Below are positions 1 to 9,630 of a stretch of 35,284 nt of DNA, in pieces. Position 1 is the first letter of the stretch. Each line of letters starts with the position of its first letter. The translations under genes were made by a program, and so were the position numbers. The DNA comes from Cyanobacteriota bacterium (GTDB taxonomy: Bacteria > Cyanobacteriota > Cyanobacteriia > PCC-6307 > Cyanobiaceae): NCBI GenBank assembly GCA_041168785.1, contig JBEEKG010000020.1, forward strand, positions 1 to 35,284. The letters run 5' to 3'. Under the pieces are notes generated by a model. It made no database searches. It worked only from the letters and a program-made list of their open reading frames with translations, and had not been told where the DNA came from.

Positions 1-20
1 ACCCCAGCAATGAAACAGCA

Positions 21-2204
21 ATGAATCGCTCCGCGCTCAAACGCCGCCAGCTGCTCGAATTACTGGGCATCGGTGCTGGCAGCAGCGCCGCTGCCATGCT
101 GCTGCCGCAGCTTGAGGTGCGCAGTCGCGGCACGGCCGGGGATGCTGCCCTGCCCTTTGTGCCCGTGCGTGCACCCCTGCCCTTGCCTGCTGACGGGCTG
201 AGTGCGGCAGACCAACGGCGCATCTATCGGACGTTCAACGTCGACGACAAACTGCTGGTTCCCGAGGGCTATCGCGCCGAGCTGATTGCTGTCTGGGGGG
301 ATCTTCTCGCCACGGGTCGCTTTGGCTTCAACAACGACTACCTGGCATTTCAGGCCCTGCCTGGCGGGAAGGCCTTGTTGAGTATCAACTTCGAATACAT
401 CAGCCCGCAGACCTGGTCGGCAGGTTTTTCAGAAGCCGTGGGCACCACTCTGCCGCTGGAGCCTTTGCAGCAGTCCCTGGTCAGCCGCGGCGGCAGCGTG
501 GACGTGGCCAGCCTGGCTGCGAACGACCCGCTGCGTTCGGTGATCGAGGCCGTGGCCCGTGCTGCCATGGCTGATCTCGGCATCGGCGTGCTCGAGCTTG
601 AACAGGGGAGCTCAGGCTGGCGCCGCCTCGGCGGCAGTCGCTATGAGCGGCGCATCGATGGGCTCAGCGGGCTCAGCCAGCAGGAGCAGGCACTGCGCTG
701 CAGCGGTCCGGCGGCGGCGGTATTCCGTCACAGCCAGCCGCTTGGCTACCGCGACGGCCTGGGTGATCGGATCATCGGCACCTTTGCCAATTGCGCTGGC
801 GGCACCACCCACTGGGGCACCGTGCTGAGCGCTGAGGAAAACTTTCAGTCGCAGGTACCCGAGGCCGTCTATGCCGATGGCTCGGCGGCTTCCCCCGAGA
901 AGCGGCCGTTCCGCTGGGACGGTTCACGCCTCGACGGGCTCGGCAATCCCTTTGGGCTGGCCGGCAATAAGTACGGCTGGATGGTGGAATTCGATCCCCG
1001 CGAGCCAAGCAAACCCGCGGTTAAGCACAGTCTTCTGGGCCGCTTTCGCCACGAAGCCGTTGCCGTTGTGGCGCGGTCCGGGGAGCCGCTGGTGGTGTAT
1101 TCGGGTTGCGATCGCCATGGCGGCCACTTTTACCGCTTTGTCAGCGAGGGGCTCGTGCAAGACCCGCTCGATCGCACCAATTCGCAGCTATTTGCAGCGG
1201 GGCGCCTGGAGGTGGCCCGTTTCAACGCAGAAGGCAGCGGCACCTGGATCGCCCTGGAGGCCACCACGGCGGTGCAGCCGCAAGCCCCCAGCCATTACGA
1301 ACGCTTTGGCTGGCAGCAACCGGCCGTGTTGCCCCACAGCGACCGCCAGCGCAGCGGCAGCGAAGCACTCAGCAGCGATGCCGAACTGCAGGCCTACCGC
1401 AGCCGCTACAACAACCTTGGCGATCTCTACCCATTGGGCGGCGATGACCGTGAGGCGCAGCTGCGGCAGCAGGGGGCGATCCTGATCGATGCCCATCTGG
1501 CCGCCAACGCCGCTGGCGCCACCGCCTGTCCCAGGCCGGAAGACACCGACATCGACCCGATCAACGGCGACCTGCTGATCGCCTTCACAGCGGCAGGCCG
1601 TGATGACGGCGGCTGCAGTGATCCGGCGATCTTCCGCGGCCCCAAGGGCGAATCCCTCTGGCCCCACGGCTGGGTGATGCGCCTGAGCGATGGCGGCGCA
1701 GGCCGAGGGGCCCACTTCCGCTGGCAGATGGTGGCCTCCGGCGGCCTGCCCTGGGAGGGAGGGCTCGGCTTCAGCCATCCCGACAACCTGGCCTTCGACC
1801 CATCCGGCAACCTCTGGCTCGTGACCGATCGCTCTGGAGGGGCAAAGTTGGATGTGTTCGGCAACAACAGCTGTTGGCTGCTGCCTCGCGCAGGCGCAAT
1901 GGCCGGCCAGGCCCTCTGCTTTGCAATCGGCCCGGTGGGATGTGAGCTGTGTGGGCCCTGCTTCGATGTCGAGTCCCGCACGCTGTTTCTCGCAGTGCAG
2001 CACCCCGGTGAGGGCCAGGGTGTACGCCAAGGCAACGAGGTGGAAGCCCAGGCCCACAGCCTTGTGGACCGCAACGGTCAACGCTTTGAGCAGCTGCGCT
2101 GGGTACCGGTCGGCTCTAACTGGCCGTCCGGCGTACCCGCCAGGCCGCCCAGGCCCGGGATCGTGGCGATCCGCCGACTCGACGGCAATCCTCTGCTGAG
2201 CTGA
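21..2204 (+). CDS. phoX: PhoX-family (DUF839) alkaline phosphatase with twin-arginine signal peptide
   Basis: 727 aa. N-terminal KRRQLL plus hydrophobic stretch (Tat-like). PhoX motifs GFNNDY, NCAGGTTHWGTVLSAEEN, GRFRHE, RPED, PDNL, GPxGCELCGPCF and VQHPGE. Confidence 0.9.
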   Translation: MNRSALKRRQLLELLGIGAGSSAAAMLLPQLEVRSRGTAGDAALPFVPVRAPLPLPADGLSAADQRRIYRTFNVDDKLLVPEGYRAELIAVWGDLLATGRFGFNNDYLAFQALPGGKALLSINFEYISPQTWSAGFSEAVGTTLPLEPLQQSLVSRGGSVDVASLAANDPLRSVIEAVARAAMADLGIGVLELEQGSSGWRRLGGSRYERRIDGLSGLSQQEQALRCSGPAAAVFRHSQPLGYRDGLGDRIIGTFANCAGGTTHWGTVLSAEENFQSQVPEAVYADGSAASPEKRPFRWDGSRLDGLGNPFGLAGNKYGWMVEFDPREPSKPAVKHSLLGRFRHEAVAVVARSGEPLVVYSGCDRHGGHFYRFVSEGLVQDPLDRTNSQLFAAGRLEVARFNAEGSGTWIALEATTAVQPQAPSHYERFGWQQPAVLPHSDRQRSGSEALSSDAELQAYRSRYNNLGDLYPLGGDDREAQLRQQGAILIDAHLAANAAGATACPRPEDTDIDPINGDLLIAFTAAGRDDGGCSDPAIFRGPKGESLWPHGWVMRLSDGGAGRGAHFRWQMVASGGLPWEGGLGFSHPDNLAFDPSGNLWLVTDRSGGAKLDVFGNNSCWLLPRAGAMAGQALCFAIGPVGCELCGPCFDVESRTLFLAVQHPGEGQGVRQGNEVEAQAHSLVDRNGQRFEQLRWVPVGSNWPSGVPARPPRPGIVAIRRLDGNPLLS

Positions 2205-2456
2205 TTGGTAGCTGCTCGGACGGCGGCTGAAGTCCAGCCAAACCATCCCGCCCATAACAGTGATCTGTTTGCCACATCACCCATGGGCGGCACCAGCACG
2301 GGACTGCCCTGCTGCGATGACCACAACCTCTCCCGAAACCACGGCCACCACTCCTGCGGCCCAGGTGTCGGTCACACCCGAGTGGCGGCAGCAGGTGTGG
2401 AACACCTGGACAGCCCGACCCCAGCCACTGGAGCCAAGAACCAGCCGAAAAGAAAA

Positions 2457-2528
2457 TGGGTCGCCTGAGATTCGAACTCAGGACCAATCGGTTAAAAGCC
2501 GAGTGCTCTACCGCTGAGCTAGCGACCC
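2457..2528 (-). tRNA. trnK: tRNA-Lys (anticodon UUU)
   Basis: Reverse complement GGGTCGCTAGCTCAGCGGTAGAGCACTCGGCTTTTAACCGATTGGTCCTGAGTTCGAATCTCAGGCGACCCA. Acceptor stem GGGTCGC/GCGACCC, anticodon loop CTTTTAA, T-loop TTCGAAT; CCA tail not encoded. Confidence 0.97.
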
Positions 2529-2625
2529 GCGCCCGTTGGGCACCTAGCGAACGTATCACCCAGGGGCGACCTCCTCCAAGGGGGAGGGGATGCCGGGAGA
2601 ATGGGGAAACCTGGTGTCACAGCGG

Positions 2626-3144
2626 ATGAGCAGCGTTCCCTGGCCCGCCGGCTGGCCCGAACCCCGGATCCACCCCGAAGCCTGGGTGGCCGCGTCAGCG
2701 GTGGTGATCGGCGATGTGCAGCTGGCGGCCGGCGCCAGCCTCTGGCCCACGGCCGTGGCCCGCGGGGATGTGTGCCCGATTGTGGTGGGGGAAGGCAGCA
2801 ACGTGCAGGACGGCGCCGTGCTCCACGGCGACCCCGACCAGCCCGTCAGCATCGGTGCCGATGTGACCATTGGCCACCGGGCGGTGGTGCACGGCGCCAC
2901 CCTCGAAGACGGCTGCCTGATCGGTATCGGCGCCATCGTGCTCAACGGCGTCACGGTGGGCGCCGGCGCCCTGGTGGCGGCCGGATCAGTGGTGACCCGC
3001 GATGTGCCCGCCGGCGCCGTGGTGATGGGGGCACCGGCCCAGGCGAAGCGCGAGCTCAGCGCCGAGGCCCAAGCGGAGCAGCGTCAGCACGCCCGGCGCT
3101 ACAGGGAGCTGGCCCGGGTCCATGCCGCGCGGGAAGCCGGATGA
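2626..3144 (+). CDS. Gamma carbonic anhydrase-like (YrdA/PaaY) hexapeptide-repeat protein
   Basis: Left-handed beta-helix repeats, [13 protein letters not shown] and [10 protein letters not shown] metal-ligand histidines. ATG at 2626 preferred; ORF track starts at 2590. Confidence 0.9.
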   Translation: MSSVPWPAGWPEPRIHPEAWVAASAVVIGDVQLAAGASLWPTAVARGDVCPIVVGEGSNVQDGAVLHGDPDQPVSIGADVTIGHRAVVHGATLEDGCLIGIGAIVLNGVTVGAGALVAAGSVVTRDVPAGAVVMGAPAQAKRELSAEAQAEQRQHARRYRELARVHAAREAG

Positions 3145-3218
3145 CTCCAGATCTGATCCCCTCAACTCAGATGGCGACAAATCGCGAGTCGGGCGGGCCG
3201 CAGACGCGGCGCAGTCTT

Positions 3219-3224
3219 TAAGAT
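3219..3224 (+). promoter_or_regulatory. Candidate -10 element (TAAGAT) for psbY
   Basis: TAnnnT hexamer about 27 nt upstream of the psbY ATG in a GC-rich intergenic region. Confidence 0.4.
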
Positions 3225-3250
3225 CGCCGCATCTCGTTTCCCTGCCTTCC

Positions 3251-3373
3251 ATGGACGCACGGCTGGTGCTGGTTGCCGCTCCCATCCTTCTGGCCGCCGG
3301 CTGGGCCGTGTTCCACATCGGCCGCGCCGCCGTGGGCCAGCTGCAGCTGATGCTCAAGCGCGCCCGCGCCTGA
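3251..3373 (+). CDS. psbY: Photosystem II protein Y
   Basis: 40 aa [40 protein letters not shown] matches the PsbY pattern MDxRxxxVxxPxxxAxxWAxFNIGxxAxxQ. Confidence 0.92.
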   Translation: MDARLVLVAAPILLAAGWAVFHIGRAAVGQLQLMLKRARA

Positions 3374-3377
3374 TCGC

Positions 3378-4748
3378 TTGCGTCCAGAGCTGCTCGTCAT
3401 CGGCGCCGGTCTGGCAGGCACGGAAGCGGCCTGGCAGATCGCCAGTGCCGGTTTGCCTGTGCGGCTGGTGGAGATGCGGCCGCTGCGCCGCTCCCCCGCC
3501 CACCACAGCTCTGAATTCGCCGAGCTGGTGTGCAGCAACAGCTTCGGCGCCCTGAGCAGCGACCGCGCCGCCGGCTTGCTGCAGGAGGAGCTGCGCCGGC
3601 TGGGCTCCCTCGTGATTCGCACCGCCGATGCCCATGCCGTGCCGGCCGGCGGCGCCCTGGCCGTGGATCGAGGCCGCTACAGCGCCGCCCTCACCGCCAC
3701 CCTCGAACAGCACCCCCTCGTCACGGTGGAGCGGCGCGAGCACACCGAGCTGCCGGTGCCAGGGGAGATCGCCGTGCTGGCCACCGGGCCCCTCACCAGT
3801 GAGCCCCTGGCCGAGCAGCTGCGGGCCTTTACCGGCCGGGCCGACTGCCACTTCTTCGATGCCGCCAGCCCGATCGTGGAGGGCGAGAGCATCGATCTCT
3901 CCGTGGCCTTTCGGGCGTCGCGCTACGACAAGGGTGACGCCGACTACATCAACTGCCCCATGGACAAGGAGCAGTTCCTGGCTTTTCGGCAGGAACTGCT
4001 CACGGCCGAGCAGGCCGAGCTCAAGGACTTCGAGCAGGAGAGCGCCACCTTCTTCGAGGGCTGCCTGCCGATCGAGGAGCTGGCTCGCCGCGGTGAAGAC
4101 ACGATGCGCTACGGCCCGCTCAAGCCAATCGGCCTCTGGGATCCCCGCTGGGGAGATGTGAACGACCGGGATGTGCGACGGGCCAAGCGGGCCTATGCCG
4201 TGGTGCAGCTGCGACAAGAAGACAAGGACGGCCGCCTCTGGAACCTGGTGGGATTCCAGACCAACCTCAAATGGGGCGAGCAAAAGCGGGTGCTGCGGCT
4301 GATCCCCGGTCTGGAGAAAGCCGACTTTGTGCGCTTCGGCGTGATGCACCGCAACACCTTCCTGGAATCTCCCCAGCTGCTCGATCCCACCCTGCAGTTC
4401 CGCCAGCGCCCCACCCTGCTGGCCGCAGGCCAGATCACCGGAACCGAGGGCTACGCGGCGGCGGTGGCCGGCGGCTGGCTGGCTGGCACCAACGCCGCCC
4501 GACTGGCCCAGGGCCTGGAGCCCATCAGCCTGCCCGCCACCACCATGATCGGCGCCCTCACCCACTTCATCGCCGAAGCCCCCTGCGGTAGCAAGGGCAA
4601 ACGGGGAGGCTTCCAGCCGATGCCCCCCAATTTCGGCCTGTTGCCGGAGCTGGCTACCCCCATCCAGGGAAAGCGGGAGCGCTATGGCGCCTACCGCGAC
4701 CGAGCTCTGGAGGATCTGGAGCCGTTCACCACCGGTGCCGGCGCCTAG
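3378..4748 (+). CDS. trmFO: Folate/FAD-dependent tRNA (uracil54-C5)-methyltransferase TrmFO (Gid)
   Basis: [51 protein letters not shown] and [10 protein letters not shown] motifs; TTG start. Confidence 0.95.
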   Translation: MRPELLVIGAGLAGTEAAWQIASAGLPVRLVEMRPLRRSPAHHSSEFAELVCSNSFGALSSDRAAGLLQEELRRLGSLVIRTADAHAVPAGGALAVDRGRYSAALTATLEQHPLVTVERREHTELPVPGEIAVLATGPLTSEPLAEQLRAFTGRADCHFFDAASPIVEGESIDLSVAFRASRYDKGDADYINCPMDKEQFLAFRQELLTAEQAELKDFEQESATFFEGCLPIEELARRGEDTMRYGPLKPIGLWDPRWGDVNDRDVRRAKRAYAVVQLRQEDKDGRLWNLVGFQTNLKWGEQKRVLRLIPGLEKADFVRFGVMHRNTFLESPQLLDPTLQFRQRPTLLAAGQITGTEGYAAAVAGGWLAGTNAARLAQGLEPISLPATTMIGALTHFIAEAPCGSKGKRGGFQPMPPNFGLLPELATPIQGKRERYGAYRDRALEDLEPFTTGAGA

Positions 4749-4776
4749 GGTCGCCCCACCTAGCCAGCTCGCCCAG

Positions 4777-6351
4777 GTGACCACCCGCCCCACCCCCACC
4801 CCGGACCAAAGCTGGGATGTGATTGTGATCGGCGCCGGCATCGGTGGTCTGGTCACCGCCACCCAGCTGGCTGCCAAGGGGGCGAAGGTGCTGGTGCTGG
4901 AGCGCTACCTGATTCCCGGGGGCTCGGGCGGCAGCTTCCGCCGCGAGGGCTACACCTTTGATGTGGGCGCCTCGATGATCTTCGGCTTCGGCGAGAAGGG
5001 ACACACCAACCTGCTCACCCGCGCCCTGGACGATGTGGGCCAACACTGCGCCACGGTGCCCGATCCGGCCCAACTGGAATACCACCTGCCCGACGGACTG
5101 AACGTGGCGGTGGACCGCAACTACGAGCAGTTCCTGGCTGATCTCACCGCCCGCTTCCCCCATGAGGCCAGAGGCATCCGCGCCTTCTACGACGCCTGCT
5201 GGCAGGTGTTCCGCTGCCTCGACGCGATGCCGCTGCTGTCGCTTGAGGATCCGGCCTACCTGGCCAAGGTGTTCTTTCGGGCTCCCCTGGCCTGCCTGGG
5301 TCTGGCCCGCTGGCTGCCTGTGAACGTGGGCGATGTGGCCCGCAAACACATCGGCGATCCCGCCCTGCTCAAGTTCATCGACATGGAGTGCTTCTGCTGG
5401 AGCGTGATGCCGGCCGACCTCACACCGATGATCAACGCGGGAATGGTGTTCTCCGATCGCCATGCCGGCGGCATCAACTACCCCAGGGGTGGCGTTGGAG
5501 TGATCGCCGAGAAGCTGGTGGCTGGCCTGGAAAGCCACGGCGGCGCGATCCGTTACAAGAGCCGGGTCACCGAAGTGGTGATTGAAAACGGCGCAGCCGT
5601 AGGCGTGAAGCTCGCCAGCGGGGAACAACTCCGCGCCCGCCGCGTGGTGAGCAACGCCACCCGCTGGGACACCTTTGCCGGCAGCCCCGGCAGCGAGGGA
5701 GCCGTGGCCCAGCCCCTGCTGGACGCTGCCCACACGCCCCCGGCGGAAACCACCTGGCGCCGCCGCTACAAGCCCTCGCCCTCCTTTCTCTCGCTGCATC
5801 TGGGCATCGATGCGGCTGTGGTGCCGGAAGGTTTCCACTGTCACCACCTGCTGCTGGAGCGCTGGGAGGAGATGGAGGCCGAGCAGGGGGTGGTGTTCGT
5901 GTCGATGCCGACCCTGCTGGATCCGGCCCTCGCCCCGGCAGGGCGCCACATCCTGCACAGCTTCACCCCCAGCTCCATGGAGCATTGGCAGGGCCTCAGC
6001 CCCAGCGACTACCGGGCCAAGAAGCAGGCCGACGCCGACCGGCTGATCGCCCGCCTCGAAGCGATCCTGCCCGGCCTGGCTGGCGCCATCCACCACCGGG
6101 AGGTGGGCACGCCCCGCAGCCACCGGCGCTTCCTCGGCCGCATGGGCGGCAGCTATGGCCCGATCCCAGCCCTGCGGCTGCCGGGCCTGCTGCCGATGCC
6201 CTTCAACCGCACCGGCATCCCCCGCCTCTACGCCGTGGGCGACTCCTGTTTCCCCGGCCAGGGGCTGAATGCGGTGGCCTTCAGCGGCTTTGCCTGCGCC
6301 CACCGCATCGGCGCCGATCTGGGGCTGAATCCCTGGGAACTGCCCGCCTGA
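4777..6351 (+). CDS. crtH: Carotenoid (prolycopene) isomerase CrtH
   Basis: GAGIGG FAD motif, GYTFDVGASMIFGFG, DMECFCWSVMPADLTPMINAGMVFSDRHAGGINYPRGG and GDSCFPGQGLNAVAFSG. GTG at 4777 chosen to avoid overlap with trmFO. Confidence 0.92.
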   Translation: MTTRPTPTPDQSWDVIVIGAGIGGLVTATQLAAKGAKVLVLERYLIPGGSGGSFRREGYTFDVGASMIFGFGEKGHTNLLTRALDDVGQHCATVPDPAQLEYHLPDGLNVAVDRNYEQFLADLTARFPHEARGIRAFYDACWQVFRCLDAMPLLSLEDPAYLAKVFFRAPLACLGLARWLPVNVGDVARKHIGDPALLKFIDMECFCWSVMPADLTPMINAGMVFSDRHAGGINYPRGGVGVIAEKLVAGLESHGGAIRYKSRVTEVVIENGAAVGVKLASGEQLRARRVVSNATRWDTFAGSPGSEGAVAQPLLDAAHTPPAETTWRRRYKPSPSFLSLHLGIDAAVVPEGFHCHHLLLERWEEMEAEQGVVFVSMPTLLDPALAPAGRHILHSFTPSSMEHWQGLSPSDYRAKKQADADRLIARLEAILPGLAGAIHHREVGTPRSHRRFLGRMGGSYGPIPALRLPGLLPMPFNRTGIPRLYAVGDSCFPGQGLNAVAFSGFACAHRIGADLGLNPWELPA

Positions 6352-6392
6352 GCGACCCGCAACCGCCCGACCGGGTTCCATAAGCTGGCCCC

Positions 6393-6701
6393 ATGGCCCC
6401 CACTCCCCACTCCCCTTCTCCCAGCTCCCCTTCTCCGAGTTCTGAAGAACTGGCCCGCTACCTGGAGCAACGGGGTGAACTCGGCAAGCCCTGGATGCTG
6501 CAACTGCTGAGGCTCACCAAGCTCAAGGAAGCCAAAGACAGCATGGATCCCGATGCCTACCTGGCGACCCTGCAGGAGGCCCATGCCGACCTGATGCGCC
6601 TCGGAGAGTTCTGGAAAGGCCGGGAGCAGGAGGTGTTCAGCGGCAGATATCAGCCGCCCGAGTTGATCGAACCGCTGCCCGGATCCCCCGAGGATCGATG
6701 A
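6393..6701 (+). CDS. Hypothetical protein (helical, cyanobacterial type)
   Basis: 102 aa with host-like codon usage, candidate TAAGCT -10 near 6380 and ATGA overlap with the next gene. Confidence 0.75.
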   Translation: MAPTPHSPSPSSPSPSSEELARYLEQRGELGKPWMLQLLRLTKLKEAKDSMDPDAYLATLQEAHADLMRLGEFWKGREQEVFSGRYQPPELIEPLPGSPEDR

Positions 6702-7243
6702 CGGGTCCTCTGCAGGACGTCCAAGCGCGCTATCCCATGGCGCCCCTGATCCGCTTCACCCTGATCAGCCTCTACCTGGCCCTGGTGGTCCCCCTGCCCG
6801 TTTTCGCCACCGGAACCCTGCAGGCCTTGCTCTGGCTGGCTCTGCCCCTGGGGCTGGCCCTGGTGCTGGCCGCCACCAGTGAACAGGTGGAACTCAGCGG
6901 CAGCAGTATCCAGGTGGGCTACCCCCGCTGGTGCGCCTGGCTGCTGCGCCGCAGCTGGAGCTTGCCCTGGAGTGCGATTCGGGGACTCACGCCGGTGGCC
7001 ACCAGCCAGGGAGGCCGGGTGTTTTATGTGCGGGCGGCAGATGGATCGGCCTACCTGCTCCCCCAGCGGGTGGCCGCCTTCGAGGATTTTCTGGCCCGCT
7101 TCGGCCAGGAAACAGGTCTCGAGGTGACCGCGATCGGCCGGATCAGCCCTCCCTGGACGTACCAGCTACTGGCGGCAATGAGCGGAGCCATGCTGGTGGG
7201 TGAATTGGTGTGGATCGCTTGGGAGGGAATGGCGCCAGCCTGA
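6698..7243 (+). CDS. Hypothetical membrane protein
   Basis: Two N-terminal hydrophobic helices, a beta-rich soluble middle and a C-terminal TM helix; coupled to the upstream gene. Confidence 0.75.
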   Translation: MTGPLQDVQARYPMAPLIRFTLISLYLALVVPLPVFATGTLQALLWLALPLGLALVLAATSEQVELSGSSIQVGYPRWCAWLLRRSWSLPWSAIRGLTPVATSQGGRVFYVRAADGSAYLLPQRVAAFEDFLARFGQETGLEVTAIGRISPPWTYQLLAAMSGAMLVGELVWIAWEGMAPA

Positions 7244-8044
7244 TCAGGCCAGGCTGTTCTGGGGCTGGCGCACCGATGACTCCTCCGCGGCCTGGGCCTC
7301 GGGCAGGGTTTCGAGGCTGAAGCGATAGCCCTGCTGGCGCATCGTTTCGATGCCACCGCCTTCACCCAGGCCCGCCTGCTCGAGCTTGCGCCGCAGGGTG
7401 AGCACCTGGGTATCAACGGAACGGGGCCCACCGCTGAAGGGAGGCCAGGCCATCCGCAGCAGTTCCTGGCGGCTGCGCACCACACCGGGCGGCATCAACA
7501 GGGCGCAGAGCAAGGCAAATTCCCGGGGGCTGAGCTCCACCGGCTGGTCGCGCAGGGTCACCTGGCGCAACAGGACGTGCACCTCGAGGGGACCGACACA
7601 GACCCGCTCCTGCAGGCCGGTGCAGCTGCGGCGCAGCAGGGTGCGACAGCGGGCGGCCAGTTCCTCCAGGCCGAAGGGCTTGCGCAGCACGTCGTCGGCA
7701 CCGGCATCGAGCAGGGTCACCACCGGCTCGGAGCCCGTGCGGGCCGTGAGCACCATCACAGGGCAGCGCAGCTGGGACGCCAGACGCAGGGCCGAGCTCT
7801 CATCCAACAGCTCAGCGCTGATCAAGAGATCGGGAGACTGGTCGTGGCAGACCTCGAGAGCTTCACGGGCGGTGGCCACAGCGGCCGCCAAGTGGCCATC
7901 CTGGCGAAGTCGTTGGGCCAGAACCGTTCGCAGGGTTGCGTGCGGATCCACCACCAGAACCCGTTGGGGCTGACCTCCGGCCTGGGATGGGGGCAGGCTG
8001 GCTGATGCCGGCGGGGACGTTGAGCTGATGGGTTCCGGTTGAAT
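7244..8044 (-). CDS. OmpR/PhoB-family response regulator with atypical receiver domain; start uncertain (ATT 8044 or GTG 7954)
   Basis: Receiver fold (RVLVVD...VLTAR...GADDVLRKPF) and winged helix (LSPREFALL, RSVDTQVLTLRRKLE, IETMRQQGYRF). Frame is open up to TAG at 8051-8053. Confidence 0.88.
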   Translation of the reverse strand: MQPEPISSTSPPASASLPPSQAGGQPQRVLVVDPHATLRTVLAQRLRQDGHLAAAVATAREALEVCHDQSPDLLISAELLDESSALRLASQLRCPVMVLTARTGSEPVVTLLDAGADDVLRKPFGLEELAARCRTLLRRSCTGLQERVCVGPLEVHVLLRQVTLRDQPVELSPREFALLCALLMPPGVVRSRQELLRMAWPPFSGGPRSVDTQVLTLRRKLEQAGLGEGGGIETMRQQGYRFSLETLPEAQAAEESSVRQPQNSLA

Positions 8045-8166
8045 AGAGGCCTAAGGCTAACCGGGTTGACCAGATCAACCGCGTATCAGCCGATGCGCTT
8101 GCTCAGATCCTGACCATCACACCCCCTAGCCCGGAGGGCCAGAATGGCCCCAGGGTTGTTGACCCC

Positions 8167-8433
8167 ATGACCGCGCTCCACCATCCCGACGCCATCCGGC
8201 ACTTCCAATCGCTGTGTGATGCCTGCCAGGAACTGGCCCATCGCTTCCACAGTCCTGCGGAACTCCGCCTGTACGCAGACGGCTATCTGCATGCCCTGCG
8301 TCGCACGGCCGTACTAGATCCCCTCACCCAGCGCAGGCTCGAGGAGCTGATCGACCGCTGGATTCAGGATCCCTCCAGCTTCATCGGGCCCGACGGGGAC
8401 CCCCGCAGCCTCTACGAAAGCGAGCGCTACTGA
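8167..8433 (+). CDS. Small conserved cyanobacterial protein (DUF6761-like)
   Basis: 88 aa with IRHFQSLCDAC...ELRLYADGYLHALR; divergent from the regulator. Family label from recall. Confidence 0.75.
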   Translation: MTALHHPDAIRHFQSLCDACQELAHRFHSPAELRLYADGYLHALRRTAVLDPLTQRRLEELIDRWIQDPSSFIGPDGDPRSLYESERY

Positions 8434-8462
8434 CTGGAGGGCACGCCTGAAGTGAGGGTGGC

Positions 8463-8786
8463 TTAGCTGGCCAGGGCCACCTCAAGCTTCTCGCGCAGTT
8501 CGCCCGAGTTGTACATCTCGATCAGGATGTCGGATCCGCCGATGAATTCCCCTTTCACATACACCTGGGGGATCGTGGGCCACTCGGAAAACTCCTTGAT
8601 GCCCTGACGGATCTCCGGATCGGAGAGCACATCGAAGGTGTCAAACGGCACACCCACGGAATGCAGGATCTGCACCACGTTGTTGGAAAAGCCGCACTGG
8701 GGCATCAGCTTGCTGCCCTTCATGAAGACGAACACCGGGCTGGTCGACAGCAGCTCTTCGATCCGTTGACGGGTGGTGGCTTCCAT
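8463..8786 (-). CDS. grxD: Grx4-family monothiol glutaredoxin
   Basis: FMKGSKLMPQCGFS active site, WPTIPQVY and GGSDI. Confidence 0.95.
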   Translation of the reverse strand: MEATTRQRIEELLSTSPVFVFMKGSKLMPQCGFSNNVVQILHSVGVPFDTFDVLSDPEIRQGIKEFSEWPTIPQVYVKGEFIGGSDILIEMYNSGELREKLEVALAS

Positions 8787-8790
8787 GAAC

Positions 8791-9024
8791 TCAGGCAGGA
8801 GTGGAGGTTTGCAGGGCCAGGGCGTGGATCGCTTCGCTGGCCAGTTCCTGGCGCAGGGCGCCATAGACAAGCTGGTGCTGCTTGACCCGGGTGAGCCCGT
8901 TGAAGGCTGAAGACACCACCGTCACTTGGAGGTGGTCGCCCCCGCCGGTGAGGTCTTCCACCTCCACGGAGGCATCGGGCATGGCCAGGGTGATGGCCGC
9001 CTTCACCTGGTCGGGATGCACCAT
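8791..9024 (-). CDS. bolA: BolA family protein
   Basis: [15 protein letters not shown]...QHQLVY...IHALALQT; directly upstream of grxD. Confidence 0.93.
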   Translation of the reverse strand: MVHPDQVKAAITLAMPDASVEVEDLTGGGDHLQVTVVSSAFNGLTRVKQHQLVYGALRQELASEAIHALALQTSTPA

Positions 9025-9061
9025 CAGGGAGACCAAGCGGCGAACGTCGGGAATCTAGAGG

Positions 9062-9604
9062 TCACTTACCGGGAGCTGTCGCATCCCCGGCGGAGTAGGG
9101 AGTGGCCGCGAAGCCGATCTCCACCAGGTTTTGATAGGCCTTACGGCCCTCAGGGTTGGCCGGGGTCATCACCTTGACGACCTCCACCAGCAGGGGAACC
9201 GCCACCTCCGGCTGATTCTGGCGGCGGAACACCGCCGCCAGGCGCAGGTTGGCCTGGGCCATGGTTTCCAAAGCCTCACGGCCCTTCTGGTCCATCTCCC
9301 GGGGGATGCGGGCATCCAGGCCCCGGAAGGAGCCACTCAGATCGCGGTAGAAGCCCAGCAGACGCCGGCAGGCATCGCGGGCTTGGTCGTAGAGCTTGCG
9401 GGCTTCGGCCAGGTTGCCGTTGGCGGCAGCGGCATCGCCGCGGGCCAACAGGGCACGCACTGCCTCGAGGTTAAAAGGGCTGCCGGAGGACTCCAGGGCC
9501 CTTTGGGGATCCTGCTGGGCCTCAACCGCGACCGGCACCAGCGGGGCGGCGAGGGCCAGAGCGGCCAACAGGGAGCCGCAGATCAGGCGGGACGTCCTAC
9601 GCAC
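9062..9604 (-). CDS. Exported all-helical (TPR-like) hypothetical protein
   Basis: Signal peptide ending VEA-QQ followed by Ala-rich helical repeats. GTG 9604 preferred; track starts at 9628. Confidence 0.75.
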   Translation of the reverse strand: MRRTSRLICGSLLAALALAAPLVPVAVEAQQDPQRALESSGSPFNLEAVRALLARGDAAAANGNLAEARKLYDQARDACRRLLGFYRDLSGSFRGLDARIPREMDQKGREALETMAQANLRLAAVFRRQNQPEVAVPLLVEVVKVMTPANPEGRKAYQNLVEIGFAATPYSAGDATAPGK

Positions 9605-9630
9605 AGATGGCTTTAAAAAGTGAAGCAACT

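Noticed and set aside
2260-2517. 85-aa ORF overlapping the tRNA
   Set aside because: Its C-terminus is the antisense translation of tRNA-Lys, so it is not called as a gene.
6404-6440. Short direct repeat CTCCCCTTCTCC
   Set aside because: Simply encodes a Ser/Pro low-complexity N-terminus; two copies only.
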